Shown: positions 16,852 to 25,915, counted from the first letter of the stretch. The stretch: 64,000 nucleotides of DNA from an uncultured bacterium (GCA_965541585.1 CBEUCH010000003.1:32001-96000); one strand, 5' to 3'. Translations and numbers: made by a program. Notes: generated from the sequence alone by a model not told the origin.

Positions 16852-18579
16852 ATGCAGTCAATCTCCAGAGAGGCAAGCCCTCCAGAATTAAGCGAACCGC
16901 CTGCCTTATTCTTTGCGCTTGATCGGAATATGAAAATCGAGAGTGTAGGCAGCGACAGCCCGTCGTTCGACAGGCATTCGCATGGAGAGAATGTTCGAAT
17001 AGTCGAAGATGTTCTCTCTTCGAGAAAAGAAGATGTCGTCAATTCATTGAACGCCGCATTCAACGGACAGCCATCGGAAATCTGTATTAAACAGGAATCA
17101 GAAGGACGGGTATTCCATTACGAGCTGCATTGCCTTCCGGATGTCCATGGCGTCGGACGCTCTATCGGATGTCTGCTCATTAATAGAAGCGCTCAGGAAA
17201 CATATCGTTCGAGGACCGACGCCAGGATCTACGAGCTGGACTTAATAGGCCAGGCCGTCAGGGCATTTGGCGAGACCAGAGATCTTACCGAGATTCTAAG
17301 GATCATTCTGCTGGCGGTTACTGCCGGCCCGGGCCTGGGATTCAACAGGGGTTTTATTCTCCTGTCAAACTCATCCGACGAGTGTTTATGGGGTTGCATC
17401 GCCACCGGACCCTCATCTGCACAGGAGGCGGGGATTATCTGGCAGGATTTATCGAAAAAACCGCATTCGCTCGATGAAATTTTCAGGATGTACAAATCGA
17501 GTGATCACATGAAGGATATTCATGTCAATAAACTTATCTCGTCTATAAGAATTCCTCTTTCCGACGATTCTAATGTCATCGTTCGAGCGGTCAGGAATAA
17601 ACATCCTGTAATTCTCGGACCGGAAGTCACGCAGGATGAATCCAACAGGGATCTTCACGATAGATTTGGAGTCGATTATATGGCGGTTATACCGCTTTAC
17701 TCGCAGGAAGCATTGCAGGGTGTTATCCTCGCCGACAACATGATCACCCGAATACCGATTTCTAATTCCGATCTGAGAATTCTGGAGATATTGGCCCGCT
17801 ATGCCTCCGATGCCATCGAGAACTCGAGGCTTTACAGTGAGCTGGAACAGCAGATCGGTTTATTGAAAGAGGCCAACGAAAAAATCATAAGGTCCCGGGA
17901 GAACCTGGTGCGGGCCGAAAGACTCTCAGGCGTGGCTGAAATGGCCCTGGACGTTGCTCACGAGGTCCGGAATCCCCTGACGATAATAGGCGGTTATGCT
18001 AATGCCCGCTTGAGAAAGATTCCCCCCGATGACGACTCTCGGGATATTCTCGAACTGATTTCAGAGCAGGTCAGTCGTATTGAGACCGTTCTGGATCGCT
18101 TCTCCAGCGTGGTAGCCTTCCGCGAAAAGGAGGAAAGAGAAATCCCGCTGGATCATCTGATTCAGGAGACTCTGGGGATGCTCTCCGGCGATGAAAACCT
18201 CAACTCACCTTCTCTTATAATGGCCGATGATATTCGGGAAATGACAGTGTTAATCGATAAGGATCTGTTTCATCAAGCTCTGATGGTCGTTTTGAGAGAG
18301 GCGGCGCGAATAGCCGGCGGAATGAATAATATCGCTATTAATGTGGAGAAACATTTTGATTCGGCCATGATTTTTATTTCCGGCGGTGATGATTGCGAAA
18401 AATTTGCCGAAATTTTCTATAGCGGTCTGAGATCGAGTAATGGAGATAATAGATGTCAGGAAATGGCTGTTGCCCTTGAGATATTGCAGCATTATGGAGG
18501 AGACGTCGGCATCGGATCATCCGGGGGACTTCATGGTCGTCTATATGTGGAGATCCCCCTGTGCAGGGAGGAAGCATGA
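16852..18579 (+). CDS. GAF sensor histidine kinase-like protein with intact H-box and degenerate HATPase domain
   Basis: AVTAGPGLGFNRG GAF; AHEVRNPLTIIGG; C-terminal CA-like spacing without N/G1/G2 motifs. Confidence 0.85.
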   Translation: MQSISREASPPELSEPPALFFALDRNMKIESVGSDSPSFDRHSHGENVRIVEDVLSSRKEDVVNSLNAAFNGQPSEICIKQESEGRVFHYELHCLPDVHGVGRSIGCLLINRSAQETYRSRTDARIYELDLIGQAVRAFGETRDLTEILRIILLAVTAGPGLGFNRGFILLSNSSDECLWGCIATGPSSAQEAGIIWQDLSKKPHSLDEIFRMYKSSDHMKDIHVNKLISSIRIPLSDDSNVIVRAVRNKHPVILGPEVTQDESNRDLHDRFGVDYMAVIPLYSQEALQGVILADNMITRIPISNSDLRILEILARYASDAIENSRLYSELEQQIGLLKEANEKIIRSRENLVRAERLSGVAEMALDVAHEVRNPLTIIGGYANARLRKIPPDDDSRDILELISEQVSRIETVLDRFSSVVAFREKEEREIPLDHLIQETLGMLSGDENLNSPSLIMADDIREMTVLIDKDLFHQALMVVLREAARIAGGMNNIAINVEKHFDSAMIFISGGDDCEKFAEIFYSGLRSSNGDNRCQEMAVALEILQHYGGDVGIGSSGGLHGRLYVEIPLCREEA

Positions 18580-18932
18580 AGAATATCTTAATTGTCGATG
18601 ATGAGGAAGGGATTCGCGGCTTGTATGAAAGCGAACTGCAGACGGAAGGCTTTACAACGCATGCAGTATCGTCAGGCGAGGAAGCGCTGCAGTATATCGG
18701 TGAGAATCGACCGGTCGATCTGGTGATACTCGACATCAAAATGGAAAACTTGAATGGCCTCGAAATCCTCGAAGAGCTTCGGGCCAAAACCGACTCCGTT
18801 CCGGTAATTCTAAATTCGGCCTATTCTACCTATAAGAATAATTTCACCTCCTGGCTGGCCGACGCCTACCTGGTTAAATCCTCGAATCTAACGGAATTGA
18901 AAGATAAAGTTAAGGAGCTGTTAGCCTTTTGA
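18576..18932 (+). CDS. Single-domain response regulator (REC)
   Basis: ILIVDDE, DLVILDIKM, NSAY, VKSS; ATGA-coupled to the kinase-like gene. Confidence 0.92.
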   Translation: MKNILIVDDEEGIRGLYESELQTEGFTTHAVSSGEEALQYIGENRPVDLVILDIKMENLNGLEILEELRAKTDSVPVILNSAYSTYKNNFTSWLADAYLVKSSNLTELKDKVKELLAF

Positions 18933-19300
18933 AAGTTCAAAATAAAAACGAAGGTCCCGAGCTTCTGGATCGCATTGAATGCGTCTCCAATGACATCCAG
19001 CTTCTGGCATTGAATATCGCCGTGGCGGCAGCCAAGATGGCCCAGAAGAAAGATCCCGGCCTGGAGGTGCATCACAAGCTCTCGCAATTAGTCAATCGGG
19101 CCACTCAGACCGTCAAACATATGACCCAGATTATCAGTGCTGCAAAAACCAGTAATGACACTAAAAGCGTCATCGCGGATCGCCAGAATATCCAGGTCGA
19201 TCAAGACCTTATAGAAAGCATCGAAGCCGCCATGCAGGGTATTATCGCAGATTCGGAAAAGATTACCAGTCTTCTGGGCAATCTGAAGCAAAGGCGATAG
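18929..19300 (+). CDS. Small helical protein resembling a degenerate MCP signalling hairpin
   Basis: QLLALNIAVAAAK resembles the MCP motif NLLALNAAIEAAR; TTG start overlaps the previous stop. Confidence 0.65.
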   Translation: MKVQNKNEGPELLDRIECVSNDIQLLALNIAVAAAKMAQKKDPGLEVHHKLSQLVNRATQTVKHMTQIISAAKTSNDTKSVIADRQNIQVDQDLIESIEAAMQGIIADSEKITSLLGNLKQRR

Positions 19301-19304
19301 GCCA

Positions 19305-19703
19305 ATGCCTGCGGGAACCGTTTTGATCGTGGAGGATTCTCAGGACGTCAGAAGCGTCATGGCCGAGATCGTCTCTCTATTCGGATATGACGTTTCTGTG
19401 GCCGAAGATGGTCTCGAAGCCTTACGCAAACTTGCTTCCCACACGTATAACCTCATAATTACCGATATGGGGATGCCGAGAATGGGGGGAGAGGACCTCG
19501 TTAAAAGTATGAGACAGGGCGGTATCGAAACGCCGGTAATACTTATCGCGGGCGTCGATATCCAGAGGCGAAAACTCACCGACAATACTTTGACGAATTG
19601 TAGTTTCGTTAAAAAACCATTCATTATAGAGGACATCAAAGAGACGATATCGGAGCTCCTAAAAATCGATGCGGAAAAGGAAATAAACGAAAAAACTAAA
19701 TAG
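19305..19703 (+). CDS. Single-domain response regulator (REC)
   Basis: VLIVEDS, LIITDMGMP, KKPF. Confidence 0.9.
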   Translation: MPAGTVLIVEDSQDVRSVMAEIVSLFGYDVSVAEDGLEALRKLASHTYNLIITDMGMPRMGGEDLVKSMRQGGIETPVILIAGVDIQRRKLTDNTLTNCSFVKKPFIIEDIKETISELLKIDAEKEINEKTK

Positions 19704-19792
19704 ATGGCCTGTATGAACGATATAATAGCATAGTTGACAAATAACAAGATTATGGAACTTAATTCATCGAGATTAAACAAAGGCGTGGTAAA

Positions 19793-20227
19793 ATGAAAGA
19801 GTATGCAAAAATCCTGGTCGCCGACGACGAAGCCATGATGCGCAATCTGATATTGAAGATATTGGAGTCGGAGGGTTACCAGGTCTCAGTTGTCTCGTCC
19901 GCAGATGAGGCGCTGGAAAAGCTAAAGGATGAAACTTACGACTTACTCCTGACAGACGTAAAAATGCCCGGTATGACGGGATTCGACCTCTTGAAACAGG
20001 TCAAGGTCGAATGGCCGGGAACGGCAGTCATCATAATGACGGGCTACGGCGACGCATACAGCGTTAAAGAAGCACTGCTGCTGGGGGCGGACGAATATCT
20101 ATCCAAGCCTTTCAAGCGGCAGGAGGTTACTCTCATTGTCGAGCGGGCATACTGGCGTCTCCTCTCAGCCCGAAATATGGAAAAACAAGAAAACTCGACT
20201 CAGCCGATTACCGAGCTCTCGAAATAG
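19793..20227 (+). CDS. Single-domain response regulator (REC)
   Basis: ILVADDE, DLLLTDVKMPG, MTGY, SKPF. Confidence 0.93.
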   Translation: MKEYAKILVADDEAMMRNLILKILESEGYQVSVVSSADEALEKLKDETYDLLLTDVKMPGMTGFDLLKQVKVEWPGTAVIIMTGYGDAYSVKEALLLGADEYLSKPFKRQEVTLIVERAYWRLLSARNMEKQENSTQPITELSK

Positions 20228-20303
20228 CGGGCGCCTGTGTAGCGGGCAGATCAAAACTCCCGACGGATCTGGCCCTTTAGCCGATCTCGCGCTATGATCA
20301 ACC

Positions 20304-20332
20304 AGCCTTCCGAAAGGGAGGCTTTTTCTTTT
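20304..20332 (+). terminator. Rho-independent terminator closing the signalling cassette
   Basis: AGCCTTCC-GAAA-GGGAGGCT followed by TTTTCTTTT. Confidence 0.88.
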
Positions 20333-20536
20333 CTGCAAACGCGGGGGCATAGAAAAATATTCATTCCTCATAAGAAAGAATTTCCCATCAATTGTCCATA
20401 CCAGAGCCGGATCTAAACGGCAGGGTTTTAGCAACGACCTCGCCTTGAGCATCAACCGGTTGAGTATTAATAAGTTATAGCCGACCAACCGAAGGCTCAT
20501 TTCTTCCGGGGGAAAATCTTGAGGGTCTTTCCCATA

Positions 20537-20552
20537 AGGCATGGGAATTGCT
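20537..20552 (+). promoter_or_regulatory. Sigma54 (-24/-12) promoter upstream of the flgF operon
   Basis: AGGCAT-GGGAA-TTGCT with GG(20538-39)-N10-GC(20550-51). Confidence 0.75.
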
Positions 20553-20592
20553 TTGTACGGGCCGGGTTCTGATATCGATTTGGAGGTATTTG

Positions 20593-21324
20593 ATGATAAA
20601 AGGCATTTACGATTCGGCTTCCGGGATGCTCCCGCGGATACTCAAACAGGAAATCTATGCCAACAACATGGCCAACGTTAACACGCCGGGATTCAAGAAA
20701 GACGGCGTTTTCCTTCAGCATCTCAAGGATGCCTCCGAGGGATCCCTGATCACCGATCTTCCCTGGGAAACTCCGATGGTTAACGATATCTATATAGATT
20801 TTAGCCAGGGCGCACTGGAAAGAACCGATAACCGGCTGAATCTTGCCCTGGAGGGCGATGGTTTCTTCGTAGTCCAGACAGAGGCAGGGATAAGATACAC
20901 ACGTAACGGGAATTTCTCTATATCACCGCAGGGAATATTAACCGATAATAACGGGAATCCAGTACTCAGCGATTCCGGGCCGCTTACGGTTTCCGGCGAT
21001 GATGTAGTCATTGCCGCGGATGGAACCGTCTCTGTCGACGGTGCCGGCGTCGGTACCATTAAAATCGCCGATTTCGACACGCCGTATCGATTAAGAAAAG
21101 CTGAAAGCTCATACTTCGTCCCCGCTGATGAGACGGTATCGGAGAAAGCAGCCCAGGGCGTCCAGGTGATGCAGGGGTATCTTGAGAAATCCAATGTAAA
21201 CGTCATTGACGTCATGGTTGATATGCTTGTTTCATTTAGAGCATATGAGGCCGGACAGAGAGCTATCCGGGCCCAGGATGAGACCCTTGATAAAGCGGTC
21301 AACGATCTCGGGCGCGTAATATAA
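20593..21324 (+). CDS. flgF: Flagellar basal-body rod protein FlgF
   Basis: MIKGIY.SASGM, ANNMANVNTPGFK, YTRNGNF, QGYLEKSNVN; ATG at 20593 after GGAGG. Confidence 0.9.
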   Translation: MIKGIYDSASGMLPRILKQEIYANNMANVNTPGFKKDGVFLQHLKDASEGSLITDLPWETPMVNDIYIDFSQGALERTDNRLNLALEGDGFFVVQTEAGIRYTRNGNFSISPQGILTDNNGNPVLSDSGPLTVSGDDVVIAADGTVSVDGAGVGTIKIADFDTPYRLRKAESSYFVPADETVSEKAAQGVQVMQGYLEKSNVNVIDVMVDMLVSFRAYEAGQRAIRAQDETLDKAVNDLGRVI

Positions 21325-21336
21325 GAGGAGGATAAG

Positions 21337-22125
21337 ATGATAAAAGCCATGCGGACTGCGGCATCCGGGATGTTCGCGCAGCAACTGAACGTGGATACCA
21401 TAGCCAACAACCTGGCCAATGTTAACACCACCGGCTATAAAAAATCAAAAGTCGAATTCCAGGATATTCTATACCAGCGATTGAGGGCGCCGGGATCAAA
21501 ATCGGCCGCAGGAACCAGTGTTCCTACCGGTCTCGATGTTGGTTATGGCGTCAAGCCGGTGGCGACTCAAAGGTCATTCAACCAGGGGAACCTTCAACAA
21601 ACGGGAAATCCGCTCGATCTCTCTATCGAGGGCACCGGCTTCTTCCAGATCATTTTACCTGACGGAAACACTGCTTATACCCGCGACGGTTCGTTCAAGC
21701 TTTCGGCCGATGGCGAGCTGGTCACCTCCGATGGATTTTTCCTGGAACCCAGCATAACGATTCCATCTGATTCCGAGTATGTTTCTATCAGCACCGATGG
21801 CATCGTCGACGTTCGGATCACCGGCGATTCCGAGCCGCAGGAAATAGGCCAGATAGAAATGGCAAACTTCATCAACCTCTCCGGGCTGGAGGCCATCGGG
21901 CACAACCTCTTTCTGGAGACCAGCGCCTCGGGTTCCCCGATTCTCGGCAACCCCAGTCTCGAGGGCTTCGGTCGGATTAATCAGGGCTATCTTGAGATGT
22001 CCAATGTGGAGATCGTCGAGGAGATGGTCAACATGATAATCGCCCAGAGAGCTTACGAAATCAATTCCAAGGCCATTCAAACCTCCGAGGAAATGACGGA
22101 GATCGCCAATAACCTGAAGAGATAA
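21337..22125 (+). CDS. flgG: Flagellar basal-body rod protein FlgG
   Basis: AASGM.AQQ.NVDTIANNLANVNTTGYKK; AYTRDGSF; AQRAYEINSK. Confidence 0.97.
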   Translation: MIKAMRTAASGMFAQQLNVDTIANNLANVNTTGYKKSKVEFQDILYQRLRAPGSKSAAGTSVPTGLDVGYGVKPVATQRSFNQGNLQQTGNPLDLSIEGTGFFQIILPDGNTAYTRDGSFKLSADGELVTSDGFFLEPSITIPSDSEYVSISTDGIVDVRITGDSEPQEIGQIEMANFINLSGLEAIGHNLFLETSASGSPILGNPSLEGFGRINQGYLEMSNVEIVEEMVNMIIAQRAYEINSKAIQTSEEMTEIANNLKR

Positions 22126-22126
22126 G

Positions 22127-22801
22127 ATGAGATTATTCCTGCTTCCATTTGTGCTTTTCTCCATGACCGGCGCCGATGTGGAAAAATCGATCATGGGTCA
22201 TCTCGAGGCTAATTACCCTCTCGATGGCGCTGAATATGCGTGCGATTTTTCGCGGCTCAATCTGAATCGTTTAACTGAATTCGACAGCGTCGCCGTGGAC
22301 GGGTACGGCAAGGACATTCCCCGGGGAAACGTGGTTGTGCGACTGTCACTCTTTCAAAAAGGTGAGAGGATACATCGGACGGCCGGCACCGTCAAGATCG
22401 GGGTCCTCAAACAGGTGTTGACCGCTGCCGTTTCCGTAAAAGCCGGTGAAGCGATTGATCCAGGCAAGGTTGCCCTTCAATTAAGAGACATTTCATCACT
22501 GGACCAATCGACATTTGAATCTCTGGATCAACTTGGTAATATGATCGCCTCCAGATTTATTCCGGCGGGCAGAATAATTACCGGGTCATCGGTGTCGGAG
22601 CCGCCTGTTGTGAGCATCGGCGACGTAGTTAAGATCCACTACAATAAAGGTCCGCTTTCGCTGAATACAAATGGAATAGTAAGGCAAGCCGGAGCGAAGG
22701 GCAGCTATGTTCGGGTGATGAACATGGATACGAACAGGACAATCTCCGCCACGGTCGTCGATTCCGCAACCGTGGTCATCGCCAATAGGGAGGAAATGTG
22801 A
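22127..22801 (+). CDS. flgA: P-ring formation chaperone FlgA
   Basis: Signal peptide, SAF-like region, C-terminal VS.GD.V.I...G.KG..VRVMN; lies between flgG and flgH. Confidence 0.85.
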   Translation: MRLFLLPFVLFSMTGADVEKSIMGHLEANYPLDGAEYACDFSRLNLNRLTEFDSVAVDGYGKDIPRGNVVVRLSLFQKGERIHRTAGTVKIGVLKQVLTAAVSVKAGEAIDPGKVALQLRDISSLDQSTFESLDQLGNMIASRFIPAGRIITGSSVSEPPVVSIGDVVKIHYNKGPLSLNTNGIVRQAGAKGSYVRVMNMDTNRTISATVVDSATVVIANREEM

Positions 22802-23388
22802 GAAAACTGATTTTATTCCTTATAACGATCATAATGATAATGTCGTCATCGGTGTTAGCCGGACCATTCCAGGAGGCCAAAGGCAGATCGATGTTTACTG
22901 ACATAAAGGCGCATCGGGTTGGCGATGTCATAACGGTTCTCATCGTGGAGGACGCCCGCGCATCCAATGAGATCGAGGTCACAACCAAAAAGGAAACCAG
23001 GGCCGAGACGAAAGGTGGCCCCGCTGTGGGTGGAGGACTCTGGAAATACATCGGTGAGTGGGGGCTTTCCGGGGGAAATAAAAGCGAATTTGATGGCGAA
23101 GGGACCGTTGAAAAGTTCGGAAGCATACGTGCCAAGATGACCGTCAGGGTGGTAGGCGTTGAGGAAAACGGCGATCTTGCCATCGAGGGCAGCCGCGTGA
23201 TGTCGATCGACTCCGATAAGGAAACGCTCTTTTTGTCCGGCATCGTCAGGCCGAAGGACATTTCCACGAATAACACCGTCTATTCCTATCAGATTGCCGA
23301 TGCCCAGGTGTCGTTCAAGGGCAAAGGGCAGTCCTATGAAGCTTCACGCCCGGGGATATTAACCAGAATTATAAACTGGATTTTCTGA
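22798..23388 (+). CDS. flgH: L-ring protein FlgH
   Basis: MFTD.KA.RVGDVITV.I.E; NG.L.IEG; LSGIVRP.DI...NTV.S.QIADA. Confidence 0.92.
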   Translation: MRKLILFLITIIMIMSSSVLAGPFQEAKGRSMFTDIKAHRVGDVITVLIVEDARASNEIEVTTKKETRAETKGGPAVGGGLWKYIGEWGLSGGNKSEFDGEGTVEKFGSIRAKMTVRVVGVEENGDLAIEGSRVMSIDSDKETLFLSGIVRPKDISTNNTVYSYQIADAQVSFKGKGQSYEASRPGILTRIINWIF

Positions 23389-23390
23389 TT

Positions 23391-24506
23391 ATGAAAAAAC
23401 ATAAAACTCTAATATCGGGCCTGCTTTTAGTGTATTTGCTCCTATGCCAGAGTGGCCTGACATCGGGGGTAAGACTCAAAGATATCGCCTCTTTCCAGCT
23501 TGATAACGATATACAGTTGATCGGTTACGGCCTGGTGGTTGGCCTCGACGGCACCGGTGATTCCAGAAGTACTATCTTCACCATCCAATCCCTCACAAAC
23601 ATGATGGAACGGATGGGAGTTACGCTGCCCCAGAATCAGGTCAAGGTCAAGAACGTGGCAGCCGTTATGGTAACAGGGCGACTCTCATCATTTGCGAGAG
23701 TGGGTTCGAAAATCGACTGCACCGTTTCATCCATGGGCGACGCCTCGTCGCTTCAGGGTGGAATGCTTCTGATTACACCGCTATCCGGCACCGACGGCAC
23801 CGTCTACGCAACGGCCCAGGGTCCAATCTCCATAGGCGGCTTTAACATCCAATCCTCTGGTGGGGACAAGATAACCGAGAATTATGCGCTTGTGGGGCGG
23901 ATTCCGAATGGCGCTATTGTCGAGGTACGGAGGCAGGTCGAAATGGACTCAGATGTTCTCACCGTAAGTCTCATCAACCCCGATTTTACGACGAGCCAGC
24001 GGACCGCAGGCAAGATCAACGCTGTGGTGGACCCGGGAATAGCCATCGCAGTCGACGAGGGGAATGTCCAGGTGAGGATTCCGGCTGTTTATCGCACTCC
24101 CGGCGGTCTTGTCGATCTCATATCGAGGATCGAAACGTTGGAGATCGTCCCGGATGCGGTGGCTCGCGTGGTAATAAACGAGAAAACCGGAACCATCGTC
24201 GCCGGAGAACATGTCTCCATATCGGCGGTGGCGCTGGCACATGGCAATCTGAAAATTGAGATAAAAGCGACGCCGCAGATTTCCCAACCCCAGCCGTTTT
24301 CCGGGGGAAGAACAGTGCTTACCCGGGATTCAGAGATAACTGCCGAGGCCGAGCCGGCGCGGATCATAAACATGGAAGAGAAGGCAAGAATTAAGGATTT
24401 GGCTGTGGCTTTAAATGAAATCGGCGCCACGCCGCGTGATATTATCGCCATATTCCAGGCGCTGAAATTGGCCGGGGCGCTCAGAGCTGAACTTGTTATC
24501 ATGTGA
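23391..24506 (+). CDS. flgI: P-ring protein FlgI
   Basis: RLKDI, QLIGYGLVVGLDGTGD, KNVAAVMVT, SL.GG.L..TPL, AGALRAEL. Confidence 0.97.
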   Translation: MKKHKTLISGLLLVYLLLCQSGLTSGVRLKDIASFQLDNDIQLIGYGLVVGLDGTGDSRSTIFTIQSLTNMMERMGVTLPQNQVKVKNVAAVMVTGRLSSFARVGSKIDCTVSSMGDASSLQGGMLLITPLSGTDGTVYATAQGPISIGGFNIQSSGGDKITENYALVGRIPNGAIVEVRRQVEMDSDVLTVSLINPDFTTSQRTAGKINAVVDPGIAIAVDEGNVQVRIPAVYRTPGGLVDLISRIETLEIVPDAVARVVINEKTGTIVAGEHVSISAVALAHGNLKIEIKATPQISQPQPFSGGRTVLTRDSEITAEAEPARIINMEEKARIKDLAVALNEIGATPRDIIAIFQALKLAGALRAELVIM

Positions 24507-25369
24507 TGAAGATTTCCAACCCAGACATAATCCCGCCGGTTCCACGGGCCAATGTTGATCGCATATCTCCCGCAGCCGGCAAAGAACAGGATAAGCTTCA
24601 ACTCCAGAAGCTTAAAAAAGCGTGCAGGGAATTCGAAGCCATATTCATCTCTTATATCCTTAAGAGCATGCGGAAGGCTACCCAGAAATCCGATCTATTC
24701 GGTGGCGGTTTTGGGAGCGATATATATCAGCAGATATTCGATGAGAAACTGGCCGGCACGATGTCCGAATCGGGCCAGCTCAAAATCGGCGATCTGCTCT
24801 ACAACAGGTACGCCCGCTTGTTGGGCAATCATCATGAGCCCATCCGAGAATCTGATACCAGGATCGTACGAGCGCCTGAGGTCCCCATCGAACAGAAGGG
24901 GGACGCCACCGGGAATTTTATCCCCGTGCCGGAACGGCCCGACGGAAAGCAAGAGAATCATACATTGGTAAGCAGTATCGACAGGCTCATCTCCAGGTTT
25001 GATAACACCATCAATGAGGCCGCTGAGAAGTTTGGCCTTAAGCCGGGATTGATCAGAGCCCTGATAAGACAGGAGTCCGCCGGCGATCCGGAAGCCATAT
25101 CCGGCAAGGGCGCCAAAGGTCTGATGCAACTTATGGATTCCACCGCAGCTATGCTTGGCGTAACCGATCCCTTCAACCCGGTACAGAACATCATGGGCGG
25201 AGCACGATACCTGTCTCAGCTCCTGAAGAGATTCAGCGGCGACCTTGTAAAGGCCGTTGCGTCGTACAATGCAGGCCCCGGAGCTGTGGAGAAGTATAAT
25301 GGTATCCCGCCGTATCCCGAAACCCGAAAATATGTCCGCAATATATTATCATCGATGGTGATCGAATAA
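24503..25369 (+). CDS. flgJ: FlgJ rod-binding domain fused to an SLT lytic transglycosylase
   Basis: N-terminal LKKAC.EFEAIF...LKSMRK; C-terminal ALIRQES.G...A.S.KGA.GLMQLM, SYNAGPG. Confidence 0.88.
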   Translation: MMKISNPDIIPPVPRANVDRISPAAGKEQDKLQLQKLKKACREFEAIFISYILKSMRKATQKSDLFGGGFGSDIYQQIFDEKLAGTMSESGQLKIGDLLYNRYARLLGNHHEPIRESDTRIVRAPEVPIEQKGDATGNFIPVPERPDGKQENHTLVSSIDRLISRFDNTINEAAEKFGLKPGLIRALIRQESAGDPEAISGKGAKGLMQLMDSTAAMLGVTDPFNPVQNIMGGARYLSQLLKRFSGDLVKAVASYNAGPGAVEKYNGIPPYPETRKYVRNILSSMVIE

Positions 25370-25407
25370 ACCTTGTTATCGAATAAGCCCTTATGCCGAT
25401 TCAAATA

Positions 25408-25914
25408 ATGATGGATAGAGAATTGAAAGAATTGATCAGCATACTCAACGCTGAGTACGAGGTTTTTGTCAAATACCTCGAGAGTCTAACCGAACAGCAG
25501 CAGCACCTGATCGAAAATGACCTCGACGGGATAAAGGCCAGCGTCGAGAAAATAAACATACTGGCACAGGACGCTGTGAATTTAGAAACCGGTCGTCGCA
25601 GAATTATCGAGAGATTGTCAAAAAGACTTGAGATGAATCCGGAGGACATCACAATCGGAAAACTCATCGAGAACTTCAAAGGACCAAATTTCGAAGAGCT
25701 CGAAGGATTGAAAAATACTATCCTGGATATACACGAAAAGGTTAATAATCAGAAGACACGCAATGAACTTCTCATCGAGCAGTCTATGGGCATCATCAAA
25801 CAGACGATGGACTATATCCACCAGGTAAATAATCCAAAAGCCATCTACGACAATCCGGTCACGGCATCCGGTGGCACTGTCGATGGAGGCAGCCTTTTAA
25901 CAAGGATGGGTTGA
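25408..25914 (+). CDS. flgN: Flagellar export chaperone FlgN; start may instead be 25393 or 25411
   Basis: Helical; L.EQQ..LI.ND, RN..LI.QS; immediately before flgK. Confidence 0.8.
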   Translation: MMDRELKELISILNAEYEVFVKYLESLTEQQQHLIENDLDGIKASVEKINILAQDAVNLETGRRRIIERLSKRLEMNPEDITIGKLIENFKGPNFEELEGLKNTILDIHEKVNNQKTRNELLIEQSMGIIKQTMDYIHQVNNPKAIYDNPVTASGGTVDGGSLLTRMG

Positions 25915-25915
25915 T

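Noticed and set aside
25376..25402. Sigma28-like TTAT-N15-GCCGATTC before flgN, and TCAG-N15-GACGATAA before fliA (about 11717-11743)
   Set aside because: Several mismatches to consensus and overlap with possible coding sequence; plausible but not supportable.
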